Source: Chrysomallon squamiferum (taxonomy: Eukaryota > Animalia > Mollusca). From it: DNA of 64,000 bases. The position numbers and the translations under genes are program-made. Below the pieces are notes generated by a model. The model was given only the letters and a program-made list of their open reading frames with translations, had not been told where the DNA came from and did not search any database. Where the stretch lies: NCBI GenBank assembly GCA_012295275.1, contig CM022665.1:47430001-47494000 (forward strand), written 5' to 3'. Shown in pieces: positions 15,798-30,905 of this stretch. The stretch's first letter is position 1; every line of letters starts with the position of its first letter.

Positions 15798-16192
15798 GTG
15801 AAAAAAAAAAAGAAAAAAAAAACAATACTACTATTAGCTAAGCTGTTACCATATTTCATGAAAAAAAAAAAAAAAAAAAAAAAGAGAGATGTTGTTTGCA
15901 AAGTTAAACCACAACAGAAAAACTGCATCAGACGTTTGAATATTTCCAAGCTGTATGTAGTCAATAAAATGTTTGTACTGTTACAGTACTAGGTTATAAC
16001 TTGGCTTTCACAAAGGAAAACATATTCATATTTTGTGATCAATTTTTCTTTTTTAAAAAAAAAAGTTAATTTACATCAACAGAGTTAACTGTATCTGAAC
16101 TGTACATGCAAAGTATTTTCTGTGTTGTAAATTTGTGTCAGATGTTGCCAGAGGTTGATTCATGACCAGTAAACGAGCTGTTACTTTTAATT

Positions 16193-16235
<43 letters not shown>

Positions 16236-16411
16236 ATTATATATATATATATATATAAAACTAAGTTTCTAAGCATAGCAAAGATAACTGTATCACGAGA
16301 AATGCGAATTGTTCCGTAACAACAACAACAGCAACAACAACAGCGAGTAAACTTGACAACTTGTTTATTTGTGTTCACCTTAACTCTGTAAATATATATA
16401 TATGATAGTTG

Positions 16412-16467
<56 letters not shown>

Positions 16468-17272
16468 TAAATACACACACACACACACACAGAAAGAAAT
16501 AGCACTAAGATATATAATAAATAAAAATAAATAAATAATTAATTTAAAGCTCACTTTACAAAAACTGACTGACAAATAATTCAACATCAGCATTATCAGG
16601 TATTAACTATAGAGCCGTTTGATACACAGTGTATGCCACAGGTTAAACAAACGGTTTGATCAGCTCGAACTTTAAAACAACTTTATTTAAGTGACGTAAT
16701 TAACTGTTGTACGTTTCAAATGAGCTGATGGCTGCTGATATTTTGACGCGGTTCAGTGAATAAACGAAACATAGCGTGTTGTTTACGTCATTACTCGGTT
16801 TCGGCGAGAGAAGAAAAACAGAGAAGAAAAGAAAATATCACCGAGGTTGAGTTACGGTCTTTCTCCGAGTGAGGAAAACACTTTGAGTTTGTAAAATAAT
16901 ATCTTAGTGAGAGACGTATACAGCTTAGTGATTGACAGCTTGACTGATGAGTCATAAACAACATCTTCTTCGACGTGTGCAGTTACCACTACAACTACGA
17001 CAACAACGGTTGTTATAGCTATTGTCGCGTAACAGCGACTACTGTGGCTACAGTTACCATCATCACCTCTGCTGCTACTCTTATTACTATTGCCACTACA
17101 ACTACCGCAACTATTACTACTACTACCACCGTGACTACAAATATATAGTATTACTACTACCACCATCACTACAAATATATAGTATTACTACCACTACTAC
17201 CACAACTATTACTACTACTACTACCACCATCATTACAAAATATAGCATTACTACCACTACTACCATAACTAT

Positions 17273-17304
<32 letters not shown>

Positions 17305-17935
17305 ATGCTAATACTAGAGCAGCTACTAATACCATCGCCATAGTCTTGTTAATTTTACTGTCACTCCTTCCTTACATCTTCATAAAACTATTAGTACTAC
17401 CACTACTACTGCTGCTACTACTACTACTACTACTACTACTACCACTGATGATGATGATGACGGTACTGCTTATTGTTACTAACTACTGCTACTGCTAAGT
17501 TATAAAACTACTAAGTTTCCTACTTTTCTATTTTTATTTAATAAGAGCCAGTGTGACACCAACTGCAGCAACCAACATTCGCCAATGATTGATGTTGTTG
17601 TTGTTGTTGTTGTTCTGATGGCGATGTAGGTCACATTTCTGTTTCCAGCCCTCAACAAACACAAAAAAAAAAAAAAAAAAAAAATTAAGTATCATTATCA
17701 TGAAAATGCATTCTACATGTAGGAATCTGCAAACATGCTGCACGTTTTTGCATGAGTAAGCCAGAAATTGTGCACAGATACACAAATGAGGATTTTGTTG
17801 TTGTCGTTTCATCCCGCATGTTTCGAGAAAACGACTTTTTCAGATGTGAAAGAAACAAAACAAGAAAAAAAGAAAAGCTTATCAAAGGAAACAGTATACA
17901 AACAGATAAATGAGAAAATACTTACGTTTGTGTGT

Positions 17936-18124
<189 letters not shown>

Positions 18125-18747
18125 CACCACAACTGAAAACAAGTCGAAAACAAATCGCTAAAATAAACCTCTAATTTCCAGCTTCTATAACTTTTATCTG
18201 ACAGAGAAACAAGACAAACACATTAATAAAAACTAAAACTGGACATAAATTATCATCGGCTTATCAGTTTCGCTTAACCAAAACAAATTTCTTATTAATT
18301 TTACGCCGAAAACGCACCGCACAAATTGTCATGTAATTATCACTAATTTATGTACATAATTGACCCGATTCGACCAGTGCAGGCAGTTCGCGGTGTTACC
18401 GGTAAACAAGTCAGCTAATGCACTGTGACGAGGGGCCGGGCTAGGAAGGTTGCACGCGACACGAACAGAGAGAAGAGAGAAGAGAAGAGAAAATACGGTG
18501 AACGAGTTTGTTTTCTTCAAAAGATTGGGGTTTGCTGGAAGTTGTCTCCCCTGTATTTGTCCTCGTTTAAAATAAGTAACTCGTGCATTTGATTTTCTGC
18601 CAGTTGTTTGTCTGTTGAATGTTTAAATCAGATTTGATACGTAACAGATGATCGCTTTATTACACGGCTGAGGTGTTACGTAGTGTGTGTGTGTGTATGT
18701 GTGTGAGTGTGTTTGTATGTGTGTGAGTGTGTTTGTGTGTGTATATA

Positions 18748-18835
<88 letters not shown>

Positions 18836-19319
18836 GTCTGTTGCTCGGTTTATTTTTCCCTTTAATTAATTTATAATTATTTTATTTTTATTACTTGTCA
18901 ACAGCCACTTTTAGGTAGGCATAAAACAAACACGATTTACACCAAGCAAAAACTTCATGCAAAGAGATAACGAAAAGCAGTAAAAATATGAAAGAAAAAG
19001 TAAACGAAACAAAGATAGCTGGATTATAAAATATTTAAAAAAATATAATAATAATAATAATTAATAAATAAAATAATAATAATAATAATAACAACAACAA
19101 CAACAACGACAACAATAATAAGTTATTATAATAAAAATTAAAAGACCTGTAGTTTATTAGGTCGAATGCCAGTTTGTTGGAAGGTCTTTTGAAAATCACA
19201 AACTGAATGTATTGTGATTATGTGAATGTATTGTGATTATGCTATATGTTGGCAAGCGTTTTGTTGTCAAAATAAATAATATGCTATTGAACTGAAGCGT
19301 GTCAGCTCAATAGCATATA

Positions 19320-19409
<90 letters not shown>

Positions 19410-19445
19410 AAAGAGAAGGAAGGGAGGGAGAGAGAGAGAGAGGGG

Positions 19446-19516
<71 letters not shown>

Positions 19517-20348
19517 GAGGAGATTAATGCTACTGGATAACAAGTTTAATGACTATAATGATTGATATATTTATTTAGAACTACTACCTTTACTGTTAAG
19601 AACATATGATATAATACAATACAATACAATATATTATAATACATTAATATATAATGTAATAAGAAGCTCGTAAATAACGAAGCAAACTGTGTCATACGTT
19701 ACTTTCCCTCTTATTACCATTACACTGTACAGTTGTTAACCGTAACAAATAATCACAGAAGCTAATCAAAGTTTGATTGTGAAGTTAAATAGAACATTTC
19801 TTCCTTTCTTTAACCGATGATATTTGAAAGAAAGAAAAAAATAAATATATATATATATTTATTTATTTATACTGAAAACAATATTTATGCACTACTCCCA
19901 CACACATAACTCATTAACTGTTTAAACTATGGCATTAAAAAAAAAAAAAAAAAAAAAACAGAAAAAAAAAACGACGATTTCACAGGTGGCATTAACGATT
20001 TCACCATCATGGCGGCCATTTTGCGAGAGCGGAAAGAGAACAGGTGTCGTGCGCTTCGACAGGAAGTCGGTCCGCTGTTCCTTGTTAGCCGCGTTCGGTC
20101 GACTTGACCCAGCAGATCGTAACACCGGCTTGTGGCTTGAGCAAGTTGCTGAAGACGTACAAACGAACTCGACCAGTGTCACGTACAGACGTTTACACAA
20201 GTGGGCGTGGGGCGAGAAGAAAATTAGAAGAAAAAAAAAAGAAGAAGAAAAAAGAAAAAGAAAAAGAAAGTAAATAAGAAAATGAATAAAAGTGAAAAGA
20301 AAAAAGAAAAAAACAAATAGAAAGAATGACTAAAAGAAAAAAAAAAAG

Positions 20349-20382
<34 letters not shown>

Positions 20383-20542
20383 ATTAAGAAATGGGTGTCG
20401 TGGTACAGTATTGTATTATGGTTTAAGTTCAGTGTCACTTTGACAGAACCTAGGTCCAGAAACACACACACAACATACATGCACCTTGTCACACAAACAC
20501 ATTGGTAAACAGAATAATAGTAATTGTCGTTGTAATGATAAT

Positions 20543-20596
<54 letters not shown>

Positions 20597-20961
20597 AACA
20601 ATAATAATAATAATAATAATAATGCTGATGATAAAGTAGTCTGACCTCTGACACACAGTTAACATATTCGCAGACAAATGTTTCCACGGTTACCTTCAAC
20701 TTTTTCCATCTAAGGACACTGACAGTGACGTCATATCGGATTGTGGACAATCTGCACGTCTCTACTTGACTAACTTTAAACTGTGAACTGTGTTTATGCT
20801 AATGAATAATGCAAATCCGTAACAAAATCTGCGCGTTCATAAGTCACTGCACTCTGAGACAGTTACAGAACTGTGCTCATTCACACGTCATTAATGTTTA
20901 CCCCCTAACACTGCCTTTCATAAACGTAAAATGAAGAAGAGCCTTTCGCTCTCCATTTTAC

Positions 20962-21014
<53 letters not shown>

Positions 21015-21178
21015 GTCAGTCAGTTGTATCTCTGTATCTTTCTCTCTCTGTATCACATATATGTAAACTCTAATTTAAAAATAATATATGTGTACGTATA
21101 TATCAATTACATTCACATACATACAGAGACATACTCGCATATATACATATACATTTACATACACATACAAATACTTCA

Positions 21179-21222
<44 letters not shown>

Positions 21223-22459
21223 TTAACATCTTTATATATATATATATATCCTCTCTCTCTATCCATCTCTTGTTGTGTTTTTCTCTCTATCTGTCTTTGT
21301 TTCTCTCACCTACTCTTTCTCTCTCCCTTCCATTCTCTCTCTCTCTCTCACTTACAAAATTATACCATTGATATTTAATATTATTATATAAAAATACTGT
21401 AATGTTTTTAATATTCATGCCGTTTTCCTTCCTTTCTTTCTTTCATTCATCATTTCTTCATTCTTTCTTATTTTTTTCCCCTGTCCTTTCTTTTAATAAT
21501 ATATTTCTGTCTTCCGTAATTCATTCAGTGAAGAATTATATCTGAAGAACGTTATCTGAATGTCGGTTATTTTGAGGATCAGTTTCTGAAAAAAGTTTTG
21601 AACTGAAATATTACTTGTACACGTGTGCAGCTCAATATTCGTTGAAATAAAAACGGCTGAATCGTTCGCACACTTGGAACGAATACAAGGTCGTGTGTGT
21701 GTGTGTGTGTGTGTGTGTTGTGCACGTGCATGGTTGTGTGTATGGTGTGCATGTCTGTGATTGTATATGTATGGTATGATTATGCTTGCATGTTTTTATA
21801 TACGAACATTTTTTTGTGTGTGTGTGTGTATGTCTGTGTGTTTGTGTGTGTGTCTGTGTGTTTGTGTGTGTGTGTGATTGTCTGTATGTGTCGGCATGTA
21901 TATGTGTGTGTTTGTGTGTATACGGAAAAAGGCCATCTGAATAAAAGGTACTCTTTAGTTTACAAACAAAACATTTTCAACCGAATGAAACAGTTTTTTT
22001 TACTCACATTTATCAGACCGGTTTTTGTAGATCACACCCCTCCCCCCATACATCATCTCCTCCCCCCACCCACCGAGTCCGCACCTGCTATTTCATCATT
22101 TTTAATTAAGTCAGCGGCAAACACGCGGTACACATTAACCTACGAGAACGAGGCCAACCTTGGCCAGTGAAAATCACAACATATGTCAGCCATTGGAAAT
22201 TTGATAGTCCTGTTTTCAACACACCGCGACCGGCTATTGCCAGCAATAACTGATCAGGAATACCTGTACACGCCTACAGGTGAAAAAAAAAAAAAAACCA
22301 AACACAAAACAGACATAAAACACACTGAAAAACATTGTGGTTTACGTGTACTCACATTCCGTTCAGCTGAAAGAACAAGGTATGGGTGGAATTATGGTTT
22401 ACGAGAGAAAATGTATTTCGTTAACTCACATTCCAGTCAGCTGAGAGAAGAAGGTGTCG

Positions 22460-22517
<58 letters not shown>

Positions 22518-23098
22518 AAAAATAAGATTGAAAGGAAGGGAAAGAAAATACAAATAAATGAAGGAAAATTAAAGAAAAAGAAAGGAATGGAAACGGTAAT
22601 AGAAAACGGACGTAATAATAAAAATAAGGAACTAACATTAATTCTTCTAATAATAATTACTATAAAGAAAAGCTGTCATAACATTTTAAAACGAAGCTGT
22701 ATATAAGCTCTAAATAGTGTCCGTCCATCAAACGGAGATACAGAAACGCAGTATAACCGATAAATTCCAGTCCTTCATATTTGATAATTGACAAATTCGT
22801 ATTTATTAGCCTTGTCCCTCTTTCTGGATGCACTTAGCCTTTGTTATTCGAAGACCTGTCTAACAAATATAAAAAAATAAAAAAAGAGAAATCTGAATAA
22901 ATTAATCGACATATGTGTGACCTTCACCTTTTACCATACATTAACCTTGACACGCGAAGCGGAGAATCCGGAACTGACGTAGCACTCACCTGATCACTCT
23001 GTGACCCGCTCCACGTGACTGAGAAAATTAGCAACATTTGCTTTGTCGTCCTCTTGGGCTTCGTTTTTAATAGAATTTTTTTAATAGAATTTTCTGTA

Positions 23099-23130
<32 letters not shown>

Positions 23131-23314
23131 AATGAATAAAAAAAAAATGAATGAATGAATGAATGAATGATACAACGAATAAAATAATGCTAAATAAAAG
23201 CAATATCCATTTAATAATTATATGAACGAAGATGAAAAAAAACGGTGATATTCATTTAATAATGACCACAACAACAACAGCAACAATAATAATGATAATG
23301 ACCACAACAACAAC

Positions 23315-23367
<53 letters not shown>

Positions 23368-24511
23368 AAGGAGGGTAATTTAACATTGAAAAATGTACTT
23401 CACATACAACATGCTGATCTGCCGGCAGTCGGTACAACTGTCTGGCGGACGGAAAACTCGCGTGCTTGCCGCGTGCATATCATCTCCGTGTAAACAATGA
23501 TTTCCTCCCCATTGGCTTCATTGTGGTGTCGCCCGAACACCTGGCTCGACATAAGGCTTTTCCATCATTGATCTTCTTTCTGCACGATGAGTGCACGCGC
23601 CACACAGCGAACTCGTCTGCAGGAAAGTAGTATTGACATTGCCGACTCGTGTCGTCTGCTTGGAGTCTCTTTGTTCGAGCATGCGTCTCCGTTTTATTAT
23701 TTCAAATGCAATTTGTTAAAATCGACGATTAGCATAATAAAATACAAATGCAGAATATCAAATATTGCTGGACGTAAAAATATTAGTTTCATTTTTTTTT
23801 TTTTTTTTTTTTTTTTTACTATCGTAGATGGTTTTAATTTCAAATTTATAGGTTTTAGTTTGAACTTTGCAGCAGACACAAATGACAAAGTATGGGGCTT
23901 ATGCCAAAACATTTTGAAATAATGGCGTTGGTAGTCAGAGCACTTTCAAAATTATACAAAAAGAAGAGCGAAATATCTATGACGTATATAACTAAAAACA
24001 TAGTGGAAAGATTAATGACGTAATTTATAAACTTTGTTTATAATTTATTTAACCACTTCTATTACTGATAGTATTATTAATAATAAACAAAATAGTACCA
24101 AAAAATTATAATAAATTAATAATTAAGAGTGATACAGTATAATTATCACTTGAGCACCTAGATTATTTAAACATTTAGGCTAATACGCTGAAAATATTTA
24201 TTTATTTATTCATTTATTTTAATGTGTTAACATTAATAAATAATGCAATAGCACACACTTATTAACAGACTTTAAATACATTTTAATTACGCAAAACAGA
24301 CTCCTACTGTTTTATATTTGCAAGGAATTTAATCTGCAGTTGTCACTTTTAAATATAATCATTATACCGTATAAATAAAACAAATATTTATTTATTTATT
24401 CAGAATTAATACATGTTTTGAAATAATTGTATGTCAATTTACATTTATATAAATCACTATATAATCAGGCCTACTAATTTTTAATTCCATATTAATATTC
24501 TTAATTGTTCC

Positions 24512-24646
24512 TGTTGTTTCGAAATTATTTTATGTAACAATTTAAGGGAGGGAATTCATGTATATATTTTCAAAAGAAACAAACCCAACAAAACTAATAA
24601 CTCAGTCTTTTTAGACTTTTAAACATTCCTTTTTGTTTTCGGATAC
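24512..24646 (+). repeat. Direct repeat, copy 1 (~135 bp), upstream of GGCT
   Basis: TGTTGTTTCGAAATTATTTTATGTAACAATTTAAGGGAGG...TAACTCAGTCTT...GACTTTT(T)AAACATT...TTTCGGATAC is shared with 28097-28232. Confidence 0.85.
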
Positions 24647-25034
24647 ACTGGTAACCTGACTTTTCTAACCCCCCGCCCTCCGCCAGTTATCTAATCAATA
24701 ACCGGAATTCATTTTAAAAAATATTACGTAAAACAATAAAATGTCTTCATAACCTGCAAATTTAATTTAATTTTTCATTAATATTATTAGACTTCGATAA
24801 ACACGAAAATAAGTATCACGTTTCAATGACAAAGAGTCGTAAATCAATCTAAAAAAAAAAAAAAAAAATTAAAACGAAGAAAAAAAAAAAAGAAGTAAAA
24901 CCAGTCGTGTCGCGGCATTATTAACTTTACGAAAACCTGCTGATTAGCTGGTTTCGCTTTTGACCCATCATCTGTTTCTATGTAACTAGGGAGATCTATA
25001 GGCCTATTACATTTATGTTACGTGCGTTACAAAT

Positions 25035-25221
25035 ATGACGGAGACCTTTTTGTATTTTGCCTACGGTAGCAATCTGTTAAAACAGCGGCTATTGTTAAAA
25101 AACCCGTCTGCTGTTTATAAGGGCATTGCCAAGTTAATGGTAAGATAGTGGTTTCTATTAAACTATGTTTATTTGTTATAAATTGTCGAACTTTGTTGTT
25201 ATTATTATTATTATTATTATT

Positions 25222-25261
<40 letters not shown>

Positions 25262-25438
25262 TTGTTGTTATGTCATTTTTATTTTTTATTGTTGTTGTTG
25301 TTGGTGGTGGTGGTGGTGTATTAAATTTATGTTAATATGAATAACAAAGTGCAATAAGGTCATTCTCCAGAAAGAGTGAAAAATAGAATCAGTAAATCGA
25401 ACATTTTTAATTTCTTTTTTTTTTTTTTTTTATTTATT

Positions 25439-25483
<45 letters not shown>

Positions 25484-25485
25484 TT

Positions 25486-25525
<40 letters not shown>

Positions 25526-26173
25526 TTATTATTACATTAAAATCGGTCCTACAGACTTCTGGAATCATTATTACCGTCAATATTTTATACTATCAATAAC
25601 ATTTTTACTGATTATGGTCAAGATTAGCACATTACTGCCACATATCGGTTTGATTAATTAACATAGTGTTTACAACAGTAAAAGATTTCATTTATCTTAA
25701 TATTTATACTGCATTCAGCGATGATTTTCAGACGTTTTATGTTTTATGTTTTGTGGTATCGCTAGATTATCTTACGTTAATGAGGCTTTCTCCAGTTAAG
25801 CATCTCCACTGTGTCTTAGGTTGACTACTGGACTAGTGCAAGGGGTTCTGGGATCGCTAATTTCCATTGGTTGGAGGAGGGCGCAGTACATTTGCGCAAC
25901 GTTTCTGTTATTATTATTGTTGTTATTTATTTACTTATTTTTTAAATTTCGTTACGCCTCATTTATATACTGTGAACGTGGGCGGCAGATAAAACAGCTT
26001 CATTTAACACAGCTTTTTCATAATTTCCTATTAACTAAGATGAATTTGTTTTCTCTTCTTTTTCTTTCCCCCCACATTTTCCACGGTGTTTGATAATTAT
26101 GAATAATCAGTGCAGTAATTCCTAGTACAAATGGGGCATTGCATTTTGGCCGATAATGAATAAATAATAATAA

Positions 26174-26253
<80 letters not shown>

Positions 26254-26302
26254 TTTATTTATATTTTTTTATTTATTTTTTTTTTTTTTTTGCTCGTTTT
26301 TG

Positions 26303-26339
<37 letters not shown>

Positions 26340-27558
26340 ATGTCTGTGTGTGTGTGTGTGTAATATAATAATAATAATAATAATAATAACAATAATAACA
26401 ACAACAATAATAATAATAATAATAATAATTATTATTATTATAATAATAATAAAATCAATGTTTCAGGACTACAGACTCGCAATGAGAAGCAGGCCTTGCA
26501 GTAACTCGTGGCACGGCGCAGTGGCAACGATAGAACGACATCCGGGAGGTCACGTGTGGGGTGTCGTCTGGCAGCTGGACGCCAAAGACCGCGGAAATCT
26601 AGATGAGTGAGACACATTAATTAATTAATTAATTAATTAATTAATTAATTATTATTATTATTATTATTATTATCATCAAATTATGAAGATTAGCAATGTG
26701 ATAATGTGGTAAATAAGCTAATTTTATTTATTTTGGATTTCTCTCACGTTACCACATTCAGATACATGTCAGCCGATACACGAATTTAGTGTTAGGTTGT
26801 ATAATTATTTTATTAGAAACTAAAGAAATTACGAATAGCTATTTTAAATCCGCTAACCGTGAAATGGTATATTAGTTATTTTATTTAGTATTTTTACTGA
26901 TTTGCAGTCCATTTGTAAACAAAACTTATGATGGGCGCCAGTTTAGCCACTGAATGCATTAAAACTCAGTATCAGGAAGGATTTGAAAAAACAGACGTTT
27001 TCTTTACTTGAATACTTAGCTATGTAGGGAACCTTTTTAGTTTAGAAATAATAATATTGAAACTTTTGAGAAAACCAGTCCGCAAGTGTACGCAATGACG
27101 TCACTACATCCAAATGGCGGTGCCGAATAATTTTTAAACTCTACTGTTTTGTTGCTGTGCTTTATTAATTAAGTTTGGATGGTAGAAAAACACTTAAAAA
27201 AAAAAAAAAAAAAAAAAAAAATATATTCCATTTATGCTGAAGACATTTAAACTATTTCGATGTATTACCAAAAATACCCTATATATATTTTGTTAGACAA
27301 GAAAAATGGTATACCGGTTATGACGTCACTGTTCAAGACGAAAATGGCCGTCAATACGTTTGCCGTACGTACCAAATGAACGAGAGAACGAGCGGGCTAC
27401 CCTCCCCCCAATACAAAGACATAATCATCAGGGGAGCTAAGCAGAACGGTCTTCCGGAGGATTATATAAAAACACTAGAAAATATGAAGGATAATGGATT
27501 CCAAGGACACGTTCAGTTGTACGAAGACGCACTGAGATTGTTAGAAAAACCACAATAA
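25035..27558 (+). CDS. GGCT: Gamma-glutamylcyclotransferase; join(25035..25139,26467..26606,27297..27558), 168 aa
   Basis: GT-AG introns with consistent phases (105+140+262=507 nt). Translation has FLYFAYGSNL, WHGAVATI, VWGVVWQL, LDEQE (catalytic Glu position of GGCT), CRTY and PSPQYKDIIIRGAKQNGLPEDY. Confidence 0.95.
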
Positions 27559-27800
27559 TGCAGGGCTGTTAATACAAACAATTGTCATACTCCGGTTTTC
27601 ACGTTTTTGTGGATAAAAGATTTTGCTGGGCCAAATATAATGCTTTTACGTCTGTTATTTATTTATTTGTTTATTTATTTATGATCTGGTTGTGGTGAAT
27701 CAGAATCACACAAGATGTCTGTCTATATAATATATGCGTGTTATTATTCAGAACACATGACTTTCTAATGTTAAGTTGGACATTTTCGTAAACACTTACT

Positions 27801-27832
<32 letters not shown>

Positions 27833-28096
27833 ATGAAATAATGAAATTATATTATTCAGAGTATATGGTTTTCTAATGTTAAATAGATGGACACTTTCTT
27901 ATTTCAGATAAATAAATAAATAAATAAATAAATATAATAATGAAATTATATATTTGTAAGCACACAAAATGTAATCCAATTTGTAAGATATATCCACGTA
28001 TCACATATTTTCAAGAAAAATCATTCCTATTTAGCTTAAACCACAGAGATGCAAATTAATTAATAATGAAATTAATTTTCATATTAATTACATATT

Positions 28097-28232
28097 TGTT
28101 GTTTCGAAATTATTTTATGTAACAATTTAAGGGAGGCAATTCATGTTGAATTTGCAAAATAAAAAAATAAATAAAAACAAATTAACTCAGTCTTCTAGGA
28201 CTTTTTAAACATTACCTTTTTGTTTCGGATAC
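28097..28232 (+). repeat. Direct repeat, copy 2 (~135 bp), downstream of GGCT
   Basis: Same orientation as 24512-24646; the first ~40 nt are identical and the rest aligns with small indels. Confidence 0.85.
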
Positions 28233-30905
28233 TTTTCTTTTTTCTTTTTACTGTAAATATTTTAAGTTTAGTGAATAATTATTTTTTCCATCAAGCATAT
28301 GGAGAAAAAAAAACCCTAATAAAATGTTGTTTTTGTTGTTGTTGTTTTGTAATATGTTAATTAATAAACAAATTTATCAAATTTTATACATTTGTTACAA
28401 TTATAGTTTTTTATTTTAACAAATAATCCCAGTGATTTTTTGTTATTGTTTGTATTTCTTTCTTCTTAAGTCAATTCATTTCACTGTTATTTTTCTTTAA
28501 CAAGTGATCATGACACAAATATATTTCTTTTTATTAGTACATTGCTACTCTCTCTTTCTAAATAAATAAATAAATATATATATATATTGTAATATTTAGA
28601 ATCTGAACAAAAAATCATTTTAAATAAGCTAAATTCTATTTTATTATTGTATAACCTTCTTACATCTGATTTGGAAAACACACAAACCACAAAACGAAAG
28701 ACAATTAATTTAAACAATTTATTCATGATTTGTTTTTGAGTTTTAATGATGTCATACTTAAACTTAAAAAAAAAATAATAATAATAATTAAAAAAATTCA
28801 TTCCAACAATGTAATTTAAAAAAAAAAACAAAACATGAACAATTTTAACACATGTACACAATATTACATTGTTTGATGATAAAAACTAAAACACAAACCA
28901 TTATACTGTAACTGTTTCATGATTAAACATTTATGGGGAAAAAGCTGCAAAACGTTCAAGAATCCAGTAACAGTAATTAAAAAAATAAACCAGTAATAAA
29001 AACTATACTATTTTCATTCACCCATCAGCTATTCTAAATTAATCTAAGTCGGCTAAATTTCATTCATCTTATTTTTTAATAGTATAGTCTTTATAAACTG
29101 AATTTTTAAAATGTTGTAATTAAGCAAGCTTTTAAAATACCAGTTTGTTCAAACCATTTTAACATGTGTCAATGTTGCAATGATGACATTTCTCATTTTT
29201 TATTTTTATTTTTTTAATTATAAAAAATTATAGTAATAATAAAAATACCAAACTAAAATACAAAAAATAATAATAATAATAATGATTATCAGAAAAGGAA
29301 ATTAAAATGTGCTAAATAAATTTTTGGTGCAGCCTGTGAAAATATTTAAACAAAAAATACTGAATAATTGATAAGGAATTGATTTGTTTTTATTCAAGTT
29401 ATTAAATAAAGCCAATTGTGCTGAAATTTATATCAATCAATACTTTTAATATAACTTTTTTAAGCTTTGTAATTCTATATGATTAATTATAATATTCATA
29501 ACGATTAGTAATAATAATCATCAAAATCATCAACTTCTGTTTTTAAGAAATATTCTTCCAATTTCATTACAAAGTCAAAAGTTAAAAAATTATTCACCAA
29601 AAAAGAAAACTGCATTTTACAACATCGCTTAACAAAAATTGAATTCATAAAAATATCTACATTAATCTTTGTCACTGCAATTTAAAATTATTTACAAACT
29701 TGAAAACTAAACAAGATAAATGTAACAGAAGACTGAAATGAAGCAATAAGAAATGTTGAAACCGAACTTCTTTGAAATAAAAGTTTACATCTTTTTAAAA
29801 TACGTCTGTTTCTACATAAAATCATACACACTGACAATTCCAATTCAAACAAAATATACATATGTCTACACACTAGGCACCTTTTTCTGTTCACAACAAA
29901 TACCTGAATAAGCTAGCAACTTTTATTTATTTGTAAATTTGCTGTTGTTGTTTTTAAACAGCTCACTCACGCATTTTGGAAGTGAAAACCCATACACACA
30001 CACACACTTATAAACTACAGCTTCACTGAAAACCAAACAGCATTCGGAGTGAAAAGTGGAATTTTGAGATCATACAAGTATTTTTAGTTATTACTTTTAT
30101 TTTATTTTTTATTATTTTTTTTTTTTTTTTAAAAATTCAACATGAGGTAAAAATATTTTGCATAAACATTTAATCACCAAATTGTCAATAGTGATTCACA
30201 TCTGCTGTGATATTCCAGAATTCATTATGCTTTTTAAACAAACAAATAAACTTTGAATCTTTCCCACATTAAATATTTTATTTATAAATGAGCAAAAACA
30301 AAACAATGGTGATGATACCAGTTTGTTCTTAAGAAGACAGCAGTTAGTTTTTGCAGGCAAAAGCCCTGTCTACCCACCCACCCACTTTTAAAAACATTCT
30401 ACCCCCTTTCTCCCCTTTAACTATTCATCCAACAACAGCCATCTTAAAATTAAAGAAAAAATAAACTAAAAATAAAAATAAAAATAAACTTGCTGTCAAC
30501 CATCTGACCCAGTACAGAACTTTAAAAATTATCTCTACCCTGTCTTTATTTGTATTATGTATTAAAAATATTTTTTTTCACCAAAAAACAAAACCTGTCT
30601 CTGAAGGTGAAAATTGGCACATTTAAAAAAACACCTCCAAGTAAACCACATCGGAAAGTGAAAATCTGATAACCCCACCATCTCTTTCATAACAGTAGGT
30701 ATCACCACTCAACCCCAAAACCAGTAAAACCAGCCACTCAACTCTCACTCTATCACAACAGCATCAAAAACTCCTTTTCCTAACCTCCTCATCACATCTG
30801 ACTCTATGAAATTAAGACTTTCATATATTTAAAAAAAAAAAAAAAAAAAATCTCAGTCTCAACACTCACACCAACTTTCACTAAAAAAAAACCCAAACAA
30901 ACCTT

